Translations under genes and position numbers: made by a program | The notes under the pieces: model-generated | Databases searched by the model: none | What the model was told of the DNA's origin: nothing | The model's input: only the letters and a program-made list of their open reading frames with translations | Shown here: positions 1 through 8,821 of the stretch, in pieces | Numbering within the stretch: position 1 is the first letter of the stretch | Layout: every line of letters starts with the position of its first letter | IMG/VR virus record: IMGVR_UViG_3300032163_000097 | Span: 1-24,998 of that record | DNA: 24,998 nt | Direction: 5' to 3' (one strand) | Source: a virus | Lineage: Duplodnaviria; Caudoviricetes

Positions 1-156
1 GTTGACGCGGATGATATGGATGACCTCGAAGAGGATATTAATGACGTGGAGAAGAAAATTAAGGCTTCCCCGAACCCCCTGTGGAGGGGGTTCTGGAAGA
101 TTGTGCCCGCTGTTTATAGGGAGTTCTATATCGTGTTCGGGGGAAAGAAGGATTGA
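1..156 (+). CDS. 3' end of a hypothetical protein (partial)
   Basis: Frame 1 is open from the window edge (VDADDMDDLEEDINDVEKK...FGGKKD) to TGA at 154-156, overlapping the next start. Confidence 0.6.
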   Translation, partial: VDADDMDDLEEDINDVEKKIKASPNPLWRGFWKIVPAVYREFYIVFGGKKD

Positions 157-521
157 CTATTGACCTGAAGTACACTGGGAGCGACGCGGCGAATCCGGGC
201 GGGGTGGAAATTCCGATTCTTTTCGTCGATGGTGATCAGGCGGCGACAATTTATACGGAGCCCAGCACGGGGTTGCCGGTGGCGAGGATCGAGGTGCCGG
301 GATGCCCCAACTGTAACTCGATGGCATCGGGAGGTACGCTTTTAGTCAACCCGCAGGACGGAGACCACAGGTACTATAGGTGCCCTATATGCGGGTTTTT
401 CTCGCGGTGGGAGGTCCAGCCGAATAAGACTAGCGTTAAATTAGATCAGGATTTCAGGGTTTATAGCGGGAAGGTAACCGATCTCGATATCGATTCCGAA
501 GTGCCGAAATGGATGGAGTAA
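153..521 (+). CDS. Zn-ribbon hypothetical protein
   Basis: CPNC and CPIC pairs; overlaps both neighbours. Confidence 0.7.
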   Translation: MTIDLKYTGSDAANPGGVEIPILFVDGDQAATIYTEPSTGLPVARIEVPGCPNCNSMASGGTLLVNPQDGDHRYYRCPICGFFSRWEVQPNKTSVKLDQDFRVYSGKVTDLDIDSEVPKWME

Positions 522-1663
522 TTAAAATGCCCGTAAAAGGATCGAGAAGTGGGATTTTTACTACCTGTAATTATTGTGGAGAAACAATTTATGTTTATCC
601 TTATCAATTAAAAAAGTTTAAATTTCATTATTGTAATGCCGAGTGTAGGGGAAAGGGGCATGAACCAGATGAAGAGACAAGGAAGAAATTAGGCAAGAGT
701 CATCTTGGTCAGCCTTCTTGGAATAAAGGGTTACGGAAAGAAACCGATCCTAGAGTTAAAAGGATGGCGGAAAGCCTTATCGGAAGACCCTCCTACCGAA
801 AGGGTATGTCTTATGAAGAGGAGTATGGAGAAAAGCGAGCCAGAGAGATTAAGGAAAAACTTACAGGTCATATCGCTTGGAGTAAGGGTTTAACAAAAGA
901 AACCGATTCTAGAATTAAAAGGGGAGCCGAACGCCGTACTGGGAGACCTTCCCATCGGAGGGGTGTGTCTTTTGACGAAGAGTATGGGGAAGAGCGAACC
1001 GAAGAGATTAAGGAAAAACTAAGCCAAAGCCATATAGGTCAAGTTCCTTGGAATAGAGGGTTGACCGTTGAAACAGATGAAAGAGTCAGAATAAAGGCGG
1101 AAAATCAGTTAGGAAGAGCGGTTTCCCCAGAAACTAAAGAAATTCTTAGTATAAGAGCCATAGAAGGATATGAAAACGGCAGAATAAATCCTATGAAAGG
1201 AAAGAAAAGATCAGATGAATGGAAACTTAATCAATCTTTAGTTAATAGAGGTAGGGTTCCTAGTGCAGAAGCAAGGCAAAAACAATCAGAAAGTATGAAA
1301 CTCCTTTATTTAAATCATCCAGAAAAACACCCAAACGCTCGTATGAGAAAAAATAAAAAGATGACGAAAATAGAGAGATTAACAAAAGAGTTCTTCGAAC
1401 GACTAGGATTTAAAATGGGAGAAGATTTTGTATATCAATATCTAGTTGTTTGCTCAAGGGGGACAAAATGGATAGATTTCTATTTCCCAAAATTTAAATT
1501 GGGCATAGAGTGTGACGGTTCTTATTGGCATCAAGATAAGGAGAAGGATAAGAAGAGAGACGAAGAGATATTATCCTTTTTAGGAGAAGGTAATATAATA
1601 GAGCATTTAACGGAAAAAGAAATTTTTAGTTTAAGATATTTACAAGGTGTAAAACATGTCTGA
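509..1663 (+). CDS. free-standing putative homing endonuclease (Zn finger, NUMOD3-like repeats, DUF559/Vsr-like nuclease domain)
   Basis: N-terminal CxxC...C finger; three W(N/S)(K/R)GLxxETDxR(V/I) repeats; C-terminal IDFYFPKFKLGIECDGSYWH...DKKRD motif; more AT-rich than flanks. Real start may be ATG 527. Confidence 0.8.
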   Translation: MDGVIKMPVKGSRSGIFTTCNYCGETIYVYPYQLKKFKFHYCNAECRGKGHEPDEETRKKLGKSHLGQPSWNKGLRKETDPRVKRMAESLIGRPSYRKGMSYEEEYGEKRAREIKEKLTGHIAWSKGLTKETDSRIKRGAERRTGRPSHRRGVSFDEEYGEERTEEIKEKLSQSHIGQVPWNRGLTVETDERVRIKAENQLGRAVSPETKEILSIRAIEGYENGRINPMKGKKRSDEWKLNQSLVNRGRVPSAEARQKQSESMKLLYLNHPEKHPNARMRKNKKMTKIERLTKEFFERLGFKMGEDFVYQYLVVCSRGTKWIDFYFPKFKLGIECDGSYWHQDKEKDKKRDEEILSFLGEGNIIEHLTEKEIFSLRYLQGVKHV

Positions 1664-3665
1664 TGAAGGAAAAAAGAGACCGTCAATTTTGCATCCTATA
1701 GCTAGAGCGAAGTGGGATGCTATGCGGTCTAGTTATAACGATGTTGTGGCTAGGGTGTTGCCCGCGGACGAAGCCGCCCGGTCTGATGTGGATCTCCCCC
1801 TGCAATGGCGTCAGGAACCGATTCAGTGGATTCTTTCAACTTTAGGGATTAAGAAACCTCCGGTTGGCTCTGGCGCCGGGTTCGTTCAGAGTCCGTACAT
1901 GGATATATATACCAAAACTTTTGGAACGACTCCGCTGGCGGATTTACCTAAGTATAGGTTGATGTTCAGAAATAATCCAGATATTATGGCCGCTATTGAG
2001 ATGCAGGCAAATTTGGCGATTGGGCGGGGGTTTTCGATATCCCATCCCAATAAGGAGGTTGTAGACTATTTAACTAGGCTCTGTGATAGGTTGAACGTAC
2101 AAAATGTGATGCTTGTCCTAGCGGCGGATTGCTTGATTTATGGGAACGCCTACGCAGAAATCTGTTACGATAAGCAAACCGATGAAATGGAGCCTCTATA
2201 TGATTTCAAGGGGGAAGCCTACACCAAAAAGGAACTAGAAGAAATTGGAGTAAAGGACGCACCGCAGGCGATGGCAAAAAATAGGTGGGTTCTGGACGAG
2301 GAGAAGATGGAGAATAAGCTCGTAGCCTTCGATAATCCCGTGCCTTTCACCGCTCAGGTGATCAGAAAGGCGGAAGACGCCGAGACTATAATTCAGTTAA
2401 AGCCGTTGGATCCTGTCTACATGCGTGTCAGACGGGATAGTTACGGGAATGTGTTTGGATTTATACAATGGATGAACTTCCCCCCGGCACTGATAGATAC
2501 AGATTCGATGATGCATATAAAATATCGCGAGAAGTCGTGGGGTTATGAAAGTGCGTATGGGACAAGTATTTTAATGCCTCTCGTAAAGAACAACGACCTC
2601 TTCAACCAGTTCGAGACCGATGCCGCCGTCTGGATTCATAGCAGAGCTGTGCCCCCCCTAATCGTTCAGGGAGGAAGCACAGAGAAGCCATACACCACAG
2701 CCCAGATGACCGACCTCATGTCGAAGCTCAAGGGCAGAACCGCCGCATCGATGATCTTCACGAAGGGCGACGTTCAAGTCAACGAGGTCGAGGGCGCGGC
2801 TAGGGCTCTCAACGTACAGTGGTGGGTTGACCTGCTCTTAACGAGACGCTATCAGGCTCTCGGAGTTCCACCCGTGCTTATGGGTTTACCCCAGAGCACC
2901 GGGAACCAGAGCGTGGGCGAGGTCATCTTCCAAGAGTTCGTCACCCGCCTCCAACTCTTGCAGGAGTTTTTGTCGGACGCATTCGAGACATATGTATTCT
3001 ATCCCCTAATTTTGAAGAAATTCGGGGAGACTATGGAGGACGAAAGCGGAAAGAAAATACCGATGCCAAAAGCTGAGATGGTATGGAAACCTATCATAGA
3101 GGAGGACCGCAACATGCGGGCTCAGAGGCTCATTCAGGGAGTCCAAGCCGGAACCATCAGTGTGAACGAATACCGCAAGGAGATGGGCTTCAAGGTGCTG
3201 GATGACCCCAAATACGACGAGATCAAGCCCATGGTGCCCGCCCAGATTCCATCGGGCACGCCCTTCCAAGACCAGAAGGTGAAGGACATCACGACGGTCC
3301 CGGAGGGGGTTCGGAAAAAGGATATCCCAGCGCCCCCGGTCGCACCTATAGAGATGAGCACCGAATTCAAGAATAATATGGTCGATGTGATCAGGGAGGC
3401 TAAGGCTTCTCTGGATGCGGGGAAGAGTTCTAGGGCGGTCAAGTCCGAGGCTAAGAAGAGGGCCAAGGAGCTGATCAACAAGTATGTTGTGTCCTTCTAT
3501 ATACAGGGGAGGGCCAAGGCGAACCTATCGCTGAATAAAACCGATGACATGAAGCTGAAGAAAGAGGAGATGCCCAAACTCATAGACCTCAAGAAGAAAT
3601 ATGAGAAGGACTTCGATAAAATCCTGACCGAGATGATAGAGGCCGATAAAGAGGGGAAGGCGTGA
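1656..3665 (+). CDS. portal protein with a C-terminal helical extension
   Basis: DCLIYGNAYAEI, LKPLDPVYMRVRRDSYG, YGTSIL, ALGVPPVLMG and GTISVNEYRKEMGF match phage portal signatures; first gene of the head module. Confidence 0.9.
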   Translation: MSDEGKKRPSILHPIARAKWDAMRSSYNDVVARVLPADEAARSDVDLPLQWRQEPIQWILSTLGIKKPPVGSGAGFVQSPYMDIYTKTFGTTPLADLPKYRLMFRNNPDIMAAIEMQANLAIGRGFSISHPNKEVVDYLTRLCDRLNVQNVMLVLAADCLIYGNAYAEICYDKQTDEMEPLYDFKGEAYTKKELEEIGVKDAPQAMAKNRWVLDEEKMENKLVAFDNPVPFTAQVIRKAEDAETIIQLKPLDPVYMRVRRDSYGNVFGFIQWMNFPPALIDTDSMMHIKYREKSWGYESAYGTSILMPLVKNNDLFNQFETDAAVWIHSRAVPPLIVQGGSTEKPYTTAQMTDLMSKLKGRTAASMIFTKGDVQVNEVEGAARALNVQWWVDLLLTRRYQALGVPPVLMGLPQSTGNQSVGEVIFQEFVTRLQLLQEFLSDAFETYVFYPLILKKFGETMEDESGKKIPMPKAEMVWKPIIEEDRNMRAQRLIQGVQAGTISVNEYRKEMGFKVLDDPKYDEIKPMVPAQIPSGTPFQDQKVKDITTVPEGVRKKDIPAPPVAPIEMSTEFKNNMVDVIREAKASLDAGKSSRAVKSEAKKRAKELINKYVVSFYIQGRAKANLSLNKTDDMKLKKEEMPKLIDLKKKYEKDFDKILTEMIEADKEGKA

Positions 3666-3672
3666 GTCTCCA

Positions 3673-3963
3673 TTGGCGGAAAAGGCTAAGGGCAAATACG
3701 ATGACGGGCGCACCACGGACTGGGTTGGCCGAATGGAAGACCTAGCATGGAGTCTATGTTTAGACACCTATAACGAGGGAACCCTTGATACATATTCGGA
3801 AAATAGAGACGTTGTAAAAAGAGTGAGATTTCTCACCAGCGAAGATGAAAAAGTTTGCCCCGAGTGTGGTTCTATGGACGGGGTGGAGTTTGAAATAGAT
3901 GAAGCCTATGGTATTTTAAGTCTTCATCCCTTCTGCCGCTGTACGTGGGTTCCAGTAACTTAA
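3673..3963 (+). CDS. MuF/SPP1 gp7-like minor head protein (C-terminal domain only)
   Basis: DEKVCPECGSMDG...HPFCRC signature, immediately after the portal. Confidence 0.85.
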   Translation: MAEKAKGKYDDGRTTDWVGRMEDLAWSLCLDTYNEGTLDTYSENRDVVKRVRFLTSEDEKVCPECGSMDGVEFEIDEAYGILSLHPFCRCTWVPVT

Positions 3964-3997
3964 AGGATGGTGAGTAACTTGGTGGAAGTGAGCGAGG

Positions 3998-4189
3998 ATG
4001 GTGATGGCCCGGGTGATCGACCGTCCGGGCAACTATCTAGAGGTGGACGAGTCGCGTGTAGACCTCACCAAATACCGGCGGGGTTGGTGCGGGGAGTGCT
4101 TCAGACCTCTCAATATATGGTGGGAAAAAGGTAGAGAGTTCGAGATAATCTGCGAGGAATGCAATAGAGAAATCTGGGGAGATGTGTAA
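3998..4189 (+). CDS. small Zn-finger protein
   Basis: CGEC...CEEC; stop overlaps the next ATG. Confidence 0.6.
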   Translation: MVMARVIDRPGNYLEVDESRVDLTKYRRGWCGECFRPLNIWWEKGREFEIICEECNREIWGDV

Positions 4190-4608
4190 TGAGCGTTGAC
4201 TTCGAGATAGAGATCGATGATGCCGACTTCCAGCGGTATATGCAAACCACGGGGATGAAACTCGACGATATTGAGAGGTATCTGGACTATGAACTCAGAA
4301 CCGCGATGTTCAACGCGGAAGCCGATGCGAAATATCTCGCGCCAATCGGGAAATCCCCAAGGAGCGTTGACCCGCTTCCGCACGGCAAACTTAGGAGGAG
4401 CATCCACGTAGAGCCGAGGGGATACCTGAGTTACGCCCTCGTAGCGGATGTGAGAAATATCAGAGGTCGGGGATACGCTGTATATCAGGAAAAGGGTTCG
4501 ATATACCAGATCGCCCGACCCTTTATGGGTCCGGCGATCAGGGCGAACATTGCCCAGTTTGTGGAGAATATCAGAGGCATCTTGGTCGGTGCCTTCAAGA
4601 AGGAATAA
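4189..4608 (+). CDS. HK97 gp10-like neck/tail-completion protein
   Basis: AKYLAP...GKLRRSI...YAVYQEKGS...ARPFMGPA pattern. Confidence 0.8.
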   Translation: MSVDFEIEIDDADFQRYMQTTGMKLDDIERYLDYELRTAMFNAEADAKYLAPIGKSPRSVDPLPHGKLRRSIHVEPRGYLSYALVADVRNIRGRGYAVYQEKGSIYQIARPFMGPAIRANIAQFVENIRGILVGAFKKE

Positions 4609-4610
4609 AA

Positions 4611-4925
4611 ATGAGCGAACACGTGGATATTTCCGCGAAGATTAGGCAGATGGAGGAGGAGGTCAAGGCAAAGCTGGCTGGAGGCGGCTTCAAACAAACC
4701 CCGAAACCCCAGAGCGTTGCCACACCTCCGACCCTAACTGCGAAGAATAAACTTCCGATAAGGGCGGACGATATGGGTGAGAAGTTCGTGTTTTGTCCCC
4801 AAACGGATTTCGGAATGAGTATTCAATTTTGTGCCGGTTGTAGAAGTTGGAGAGGAGAGAAGGATATGGTGGTCTATTGCGATTATTCGGCGGGGGAGCC
4901 CACGCCACGGGAGGATGAGGTATGA
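4611..4925 (+). CDS. Cys-containing hypothetical protein
   Basis: ORF coupled to neighbours; four Cys in the C-terminal half. Confidence 0.6.
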   Translation: MSEHVDISAKIRQMEEEVKAKLAGGGFKQTPKPQSVATPPTLTAKNKLPIRADDMGEKFVFCPQTDFGMSIQFCAGCRSWRGEKDMVVYCDYSAGEPTPREDEV

Positions 4926-5131
4926 TGGTCGCAGAAGAGGTCGCACCAAAATTGAAGCCGCTGGAGGTGAAAGCCATAGATGTCCCCGCGGACCAGAGGG
5001 CGTGCATTGTCTGTAGGTTCTTCACCGAGTTCGGAAATTGTAGGGAGGGGCTCAGGGTGGATTCGGGGAACATTCTCCTTGAAAATAATAAGTGTCCAAA
5101 GTTTAAGCCTGTGGTAGAGTCAGAATTTTAG
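4922..5131 (+). CDS. small Cys-rich protein
   Basis: CxxC..F...C...C.F pattern; ATGA overlap with the upstream gene. Confidence 0.6.
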   Translation: MMVAEEVAPKLKPLEVKAIDVPADQRACIVCRFFTEFGNCREGLRVDSGNILLENNKCPKFKPVVESEF

Positions 5132-5144
5132 GAGGTGTATTGGT

Positions 5145-5615
5145 ATGAGCGAAGGAGAAAGGGAAAAGCTGGAAAAAGAGATAAGCGCCCGAGAGAGAAA
5201 ATATGGGTACAAGAGAGGGAGTAATGCCTCTCTCACGAAGCCCGACGAATACAAAGATATCCCAGAGGGTTCCTTTGCGGACCCCGTGGGGTTTAACTAT
5301 CCCGTGGATGACGCCCACATAAGACCCGCGTTGGGGTACTGGTCTCATATAGATCATAGGGGGGCTTATAGTGATCCCAAAGCTAGGGCTTACATCACGG
5401 AGAAGATCGTGAAAACCGCGTTGGCGAAGGGAATAGAGGTCGCGTGGCAGGCGAATGATCCAGACTACAAGAAACTTCCCGAGAGCATGAAGCGCCGCAT
5501 GGAGGGATACGAGGGCGAAAAAGAGGTCAAGGCGATGGCTTTCGATGAGATAGCGGACGCTTTCGTGAGATACGATAGAGGATGGTATGAGGAAGAGGAG
5601 GGAAGTGAAAAATGA
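5145..5615 (+). CDS. DUF6582-like head-module protein
   Basis: FADPVGFNYPVDDAHIRPALGYW resembles DUF6582 proteins of phage head modules (from memory); GGAGGTG ribosome-binding site (RBS). Confidence 0.6.
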   Translation: MSEGEREKLEKEISARERKYGYKRGSNASLTKPDEYKDIPEGSFADPVGFNYPVDDAHIRPALGYWSHIDHRGAYSDPKARAYITEKIVKTALAKGIEVAWQANDPDYKKLPESMKRRMEGYEGEKEVKAMAFDEIADAFVRYDRGWYEEEEGSEK

Positions 5616-5785
5616 GTGAAGCGAGAGTGCGCCTAGTCGATAAGGTAAGCACGCAGAATGTGGTCGCCGCTGTAGTCATCGTCTCGGCGGTTGGTGCGAG
5701 TATCTACTATGGTAAGTGGGAGCTTCTCGCCTTTATCGCAGGTGCCGCTGTTGGTTATCTGTTTCCCAAAAAAGGGGAAAATTGA
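5612..5785 (+). CDS. 57-aa two-TM membrane protein (holin-like); not in the ORF track
   Basis: MSEARVRLVDKVSTQNVVAAVVIVSAVGASIYYGKWELLAFIAGAAVGYLFPKKGEN; ATGA and TGATG overlaps on either side. Confidence 0.7.
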   Translation: MSEARVRLVDKVSTQNVVAAVVIVSAVGASIYYGKWELLAFIAGAAVGYLFPKKGEN

Positions 5786-5931
5786 TGCCTAAAGAGATAA
5801 GATACGGCGGCTCCTTCGTGGGTGATGACTGGTACAGGCGTTGCCCATTATGCAAGAAAATAACGACGGTGGTCATTCTGGGGCAAAATTTCAACCGTTG
5901 CCCAAATTGTGGGGTTTTAATTTTAGGATAA
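5785..5931 (+). CDS. 48-aa Zn-ribbon protein
   Basis: MPKEIRY...CPLC...CPNC; ATG overlaps the previous stop, so it is preferred to the GTG at 5716. Confidence 0.65.
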   Translation: MPKEIRYGGSFVGDDWYRRCPLCKKITTVVILGQNFNRCPNCGVLILG

Positions 5932-5941
5932 GGTAAATGAT

Positions 5942-6115
5942 ATGGAGGAAATAACTAAGAAAGAAGAGGACGGGGAAACATCCAGTCCCGTCCCACCCGA
6001 GTGGGCTCAGGAAATCCAGAGGGCTCTGGATGGGTGGAGGGACGCAGTTTTTGTTCAGGATGTAGTCGGGGTTCTGAGGGAGAAATCGACTCAGAAAATC
6101 AGCAAGCAGGAATAG
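5942..6115 (+). CDS. 57-aa hypothetical protein; not in the ORF track
   Basis: MEEITKKEEDGETSSPVPPEWAQEIQRALDGWRDAVFVQDVVGVLREKSTQKISKQE; WAQEIQRAL resembles a segment of the prohead protease. Confidence 0.6.
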   Translation: MEEITKKEEDGETSSPVPPEWAQEIQRALDGWRDAVFVQDVVGVLREKSTQKISKQE

Positions 6116-6167
6116 CCTGCATCACTGTAACTGCGTTGGATAGGCGCAAGCGAGAGAGTTGGGGGCT

Positions 6168-6377
6168 GGCACCGCGGCATTGATCTTGCCGAGGATGTAA
6201 TCTCTTTGAACGAAGGATTGATCCTCCTTCGGGATAAGGGTTAGACCCCGATTATGGAGCGCGGGCTGATTCCAGCGCAAGTGCCCTTCCGGGGTAGGAG
6301 GAAGACCTAGAGGTGTGGGGTAGGTCTTTGTTCGGGTGCTATCACACCCTAATTCCCGAGGCTCCTGCCCCGGGAGG
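6168..6377 (+). ncRNA. candidate structured RNA of unknown class
   Basis: 15-bp stem 6286-6300/6362-6376 closes a three-way junction with two hairpins whose loops are complementary. Additional stems 6168-72/6281-85, 6175-79/6187-91, 6191-96/6221-26, and a cUUCGg hairpin at 6225-6234. Strand assumed from G-U pairs and context. Confidence 0.5.
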
Positions 6378-6448
6378 TTAAAAGAGGAGATTATTATAAA
6401 TCCTATGGAATGATGTAGTAAATTGTCTAAAATTTGCTGTGAGGTTAA

Positions 6449-6637
6449 ATGAAATTGTTTGATGATCCAATCGCTTGGTTTACCAAAATTTATTGCGCGA
6501 AATGTAAAACAAAGAGTTGTATGCCTAAAGGGATGATATACACTACCGACCCAAGCTCGAAGGCTCTATGCGTATTATCCTTGCTCTTGATGCTGGAAAC
6601 AGATCGAGGGTTAGCCAAAAGGACAAAGAGGGATTAA
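6449..6637 (+). CDS. small Cys-containing hypothetical protein
   Basis: GAGG RBS; CAKCxxxxC...C. Confidence 0.55.
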   Translation: MKLFDDPIAWFTKIYCAKCKTKSCMPKGMIYTTDPSSKALCVLSLLLMLETDRGLAKRTKRD

Positions 6638-6653
6638 GGGGGGTTAGTTATCT

Positions 6654-7718
6654 ATGTCTAATATTTTAAGAGAGACCGATGCGGAGATTTCCAGCTTTAG
6701 TGGTTCCAATATAACTTCGTTTGAAGTCGGAAAGCCCGTTTATAACAAATTTTTCGACAATACTTCAGGAAAATGGGAACGTTGGTCGGGCTCGGGCGCT
6801 CCTTTTGTTCGTTTTATTCCCTCTTTAGAGGATTCTGCAACCAATAGCGTTCGTGTTGATATTGTTGCCGGGGATATAGAACTCGGAACAATAGGAATAA
6901 CTGGCTCAATTGGTCTTTCTGTTACGGGCTCGAATGTAATAAAAAATGTAGGAATTGACATTACAGGCTCAATAGGAAAATCTATCACCGGTTCCATAGG
7001 TCTTTCTATCACGGGATCGTCTACCCTTACCGTTCAAGGTTCGGTGGGAGTAACAGGATCAACCCCTCTTATAGTAGATGCTAGACAAAGTGGTAGCTGG
7101 AATATCGCAGGTGGTTCTGTAGGGATAACAGGATCGGGCATCCTAAACACCCTAGTTATAAACACGGGTTCAGTACCCGTTAAGGCTCAACTTACACATG
7201 CTACAGGTATAGCCCTTCCTCTAGATGAGGATGTGGGAATGCTTGCGATAATAGATATCGACCATTATATGATTCATAGTGGCTCGCATTTCTTTGTAAA
7301 TGATGTTAGTTCTGGAAGCGTGGGAGTACCTAAAAACTGGTTGTTTGTTTCACCAGCCACGGGAGAAGTTCACGCTTATATTCAAACTTCTAATGCCGCC
7401 GCAGGAACTTGGAGATTCTGGGAAGATATACCTGTGAGTAATAGTGGTTCTCAAGGAACCGCGTATAATAATAATAGGCAATCTGAGAAGACTGCTGGAT
7501 TAAAGGTTTATAGCAATCCTGTGACCGGTTCTGGTGGAACTTTAATTGCAGTATTCTATATGGGAACTATTACACAAGGAAACGCTAAACCGGGGGGGTT
7601 AGCCGAAAGAAACCAAGAAGTTATACTAAAGACGGGTTCTAGATACGCCCTACAATGGGAGCCGGATTCTGGAACCGTTATGTGCGCGATTAACGCCCAA
7701 TGGTATGAAGTAGCTTAA
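6654..7718 (+). CDS. putative virion fibre/decoration protein (TGS-rich beta repeats)
   Basis: Repeated (I/V)TGS(I/V)G units followed by a globular C-terminal domain; paralogous to 8075-8803. Confidence 0.6.
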   Translation: MSNILRETDAEISSFSGSNITSFEVGKPVYNKFFDNTSGKWERWSGSGAPFVRFIPSLEDSATNSVRVDIVAGDIELGTIGITGSIGLSVTGSNVIKNVGIDITGSIGKSITGSIGLSITGSSTLTVQGSVGVTGSTPLIVDARQSGSWNIAGGSVGITGSGILNTLVINTGSVPVKAQLTHATGIALPLDEDVGMLAIIDIDHYMIHSGSHFFVNDVSSGSVGVPKNWLFVSPATGEVHAYIQTSNAAAGTWRFWEDIPVSNSGSQGTAYNNNRQSEKTAGLKVYSNPVTGSGGTLIAVFYMGTITQGNAKPGGLAERNQEVILKTGSRYALQWEPDSGTVMCAINAQWYEVA

Positions 7719-7770
7719 TAAATTAACTAATGTAACAAGTATAACAAGGAGTTAAAAGAGATTGGCATCC

Positions 7771-7795
7771 GGAAATAACTAAGAATATATAGAAG
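7771..7795 (+). repeat. 25-bp direct repeat, copy 1 (GGAAATAACTAAGAATATATAGAAG)
   Basis: 24/25 identical to 7973-7997; related copy at 9475-9500. Confidence 0.85.
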
Positions 7796-7805
7796 GTATA
7801 GCCTT

Positions 7806-7994
7806 TTGCCTAAACACATTTTCCCAAACGATGAGTCCGCCCACCTCGTGGAGTTCGCCAAGGGTTGGAACCCGAGGACGGTTCTTGAGGTGGGTTGCGG
7901 CGAGGGGCGGGAGTTGATGCTCATAGAGCCTCACGTGGGGAGGGTCTATGGTGTTGACCTAGCCTATTTTTTGGAAATTACTAAGAATATATAG
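7806..7994 (+). pseudogene. class I SAM-dependent methyltransferase fragment
   Basis: VLEVGCGEG (motif I) and VYGVD; truncated where it runs into repeat copy 2; no clear RBS. Confidence 0.65.
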
Positions 7995-7997
7995 AAG
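7973..7997 (+). repeat. 25-bp direct repeat, copy 2 (GGAAATTACTAAGAATATATAGAAG)
   Basis: One mismatch to 7771-7795. Confidence 0.85.
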
Positions 7998-8074
7998 AGG
8001 GATATGGTTCAAAGTTAGTTTTCGGATACGAAAATGGAGGTTAAGTGAATGGTTAATAAAAGGAGGAGTGAAAT

Positions 8075-8803
8075 TTGTCGCTAGGACCGACGGTCGAAAC
8101 GAGTGTCGTGAAGGCACCAGCATACGATCTCGCAGGAGATGTACTGAAGGTTAAGCTCAGTGGCTCCTATGTAGACCAACCAACTACTATAAAAATCCAT
8201 AGTGGCTCTGGATACACCGATGTCGGGTACTCAGGGAGCGATCTTTCAATTCCGGTGACGGTGATCGCTGGGGATATTGAGTTTGGAACGATAGCTATCA
8301 CGGGTTCAACCGTGACCTTCCCAGTGACGGGTTCCGTGGACGCTAGACAATCTGGTTCTTGGAACGTGGACGCACGCCAGAGTGGTTCATGGGGGGTTGG
8401 TGTAACTGAAGATATAGGGAAGTCTATCACAGGCTCTATAGCACTAACCGTTTCCAATCTCAGAGTTACGGGCTCCTTAACGACCACGCTTTATTCCGCG
8501 TTTAACTTTGCTTTAGGCGCTACGGGCTCAACGGGAAGTGGGAACTTTAATGTCACCCAATATTCGGGCAAGAGCGCCTACGCTTTTATTGGCACCACCC
8601 AGAACGCCTCGGGATCGCTGATAGTCTCGGGTTCCTTTGATGGGGGAACAAATTATTTCCAGTTCAGAAGCGGAAGCTTCGGGTCGGGGAGCCTGCAATG
8701 GTTCACATTCTTCGATGGTGTGACCCATATCTCCGTGAACCTTTTCAACCAAGTCACGGGTTCCGCGGTTTCTGGGAGTCTCTACTTAGTGGCACAGGCG
8801 TAG
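8075..8803 (+). CDS. putative virion fibre/decoration protein, paralog of 6654-7718
   Basis: Shares AGDIExGTIxITGS, DARQSGSW and IGKSITGSI with 6654; AGGAGG RBS before a TTG start. Confidence 0.6.
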   Translation: MSLGPTVETSVVKAPAYDLAGDVLKVKLSGSYVDQPTTIKIHSGSGYTDVGYSGSDLSIPVTVIAGDIEFGTIAITGSTVTFPVTGSVDARQSGSWNVDARQSGSWGVGVTEDIGKSITGSIALTVSNLRVTGSLTTTLYSAFNFALGATGSTGSGNFNVTQYSGKSAYAFIGTTQNASGSLIVSGSFDGGTNYFQFRSGSFGSGSLQWFTFFDGVTHISVNLFNQVTGSAVSGSLYLVAQA

Positions 8804-8821
8804 GGCGGGGAGGAGGAGCCA

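Noticed and set aside
1-156. Terminase large subunit C-terminus
   Set aside because: Position would fit, but no terminase nuclease motif is recognisable in the fragment.
3642-3680. Possible BHB intron fusing portal to the MuF ORF (GCCG/UGGC helix, AUA bulge)
   Set aside because: The intron stem next to the bulge is poor and canonical cuts do not join the two reading frames.
6001-6183. 60-aa ORF-track protein
   Set aside because: Overlaps the better supported 5942-6115 ORF in another frame and runs into the structured region.
6286-6376. Hammerhead ribozyme, tRNA or SRP RNA
   Set aside because: No CUGANGA/GAAA core, cloverleaf or SRP S-domain motif visible.
7771-7997. CRISPR mini-array
   Set aside because: Only two near-identical repeats, a 177-bp interval far longer than a spacer, and no cas genes in the window.
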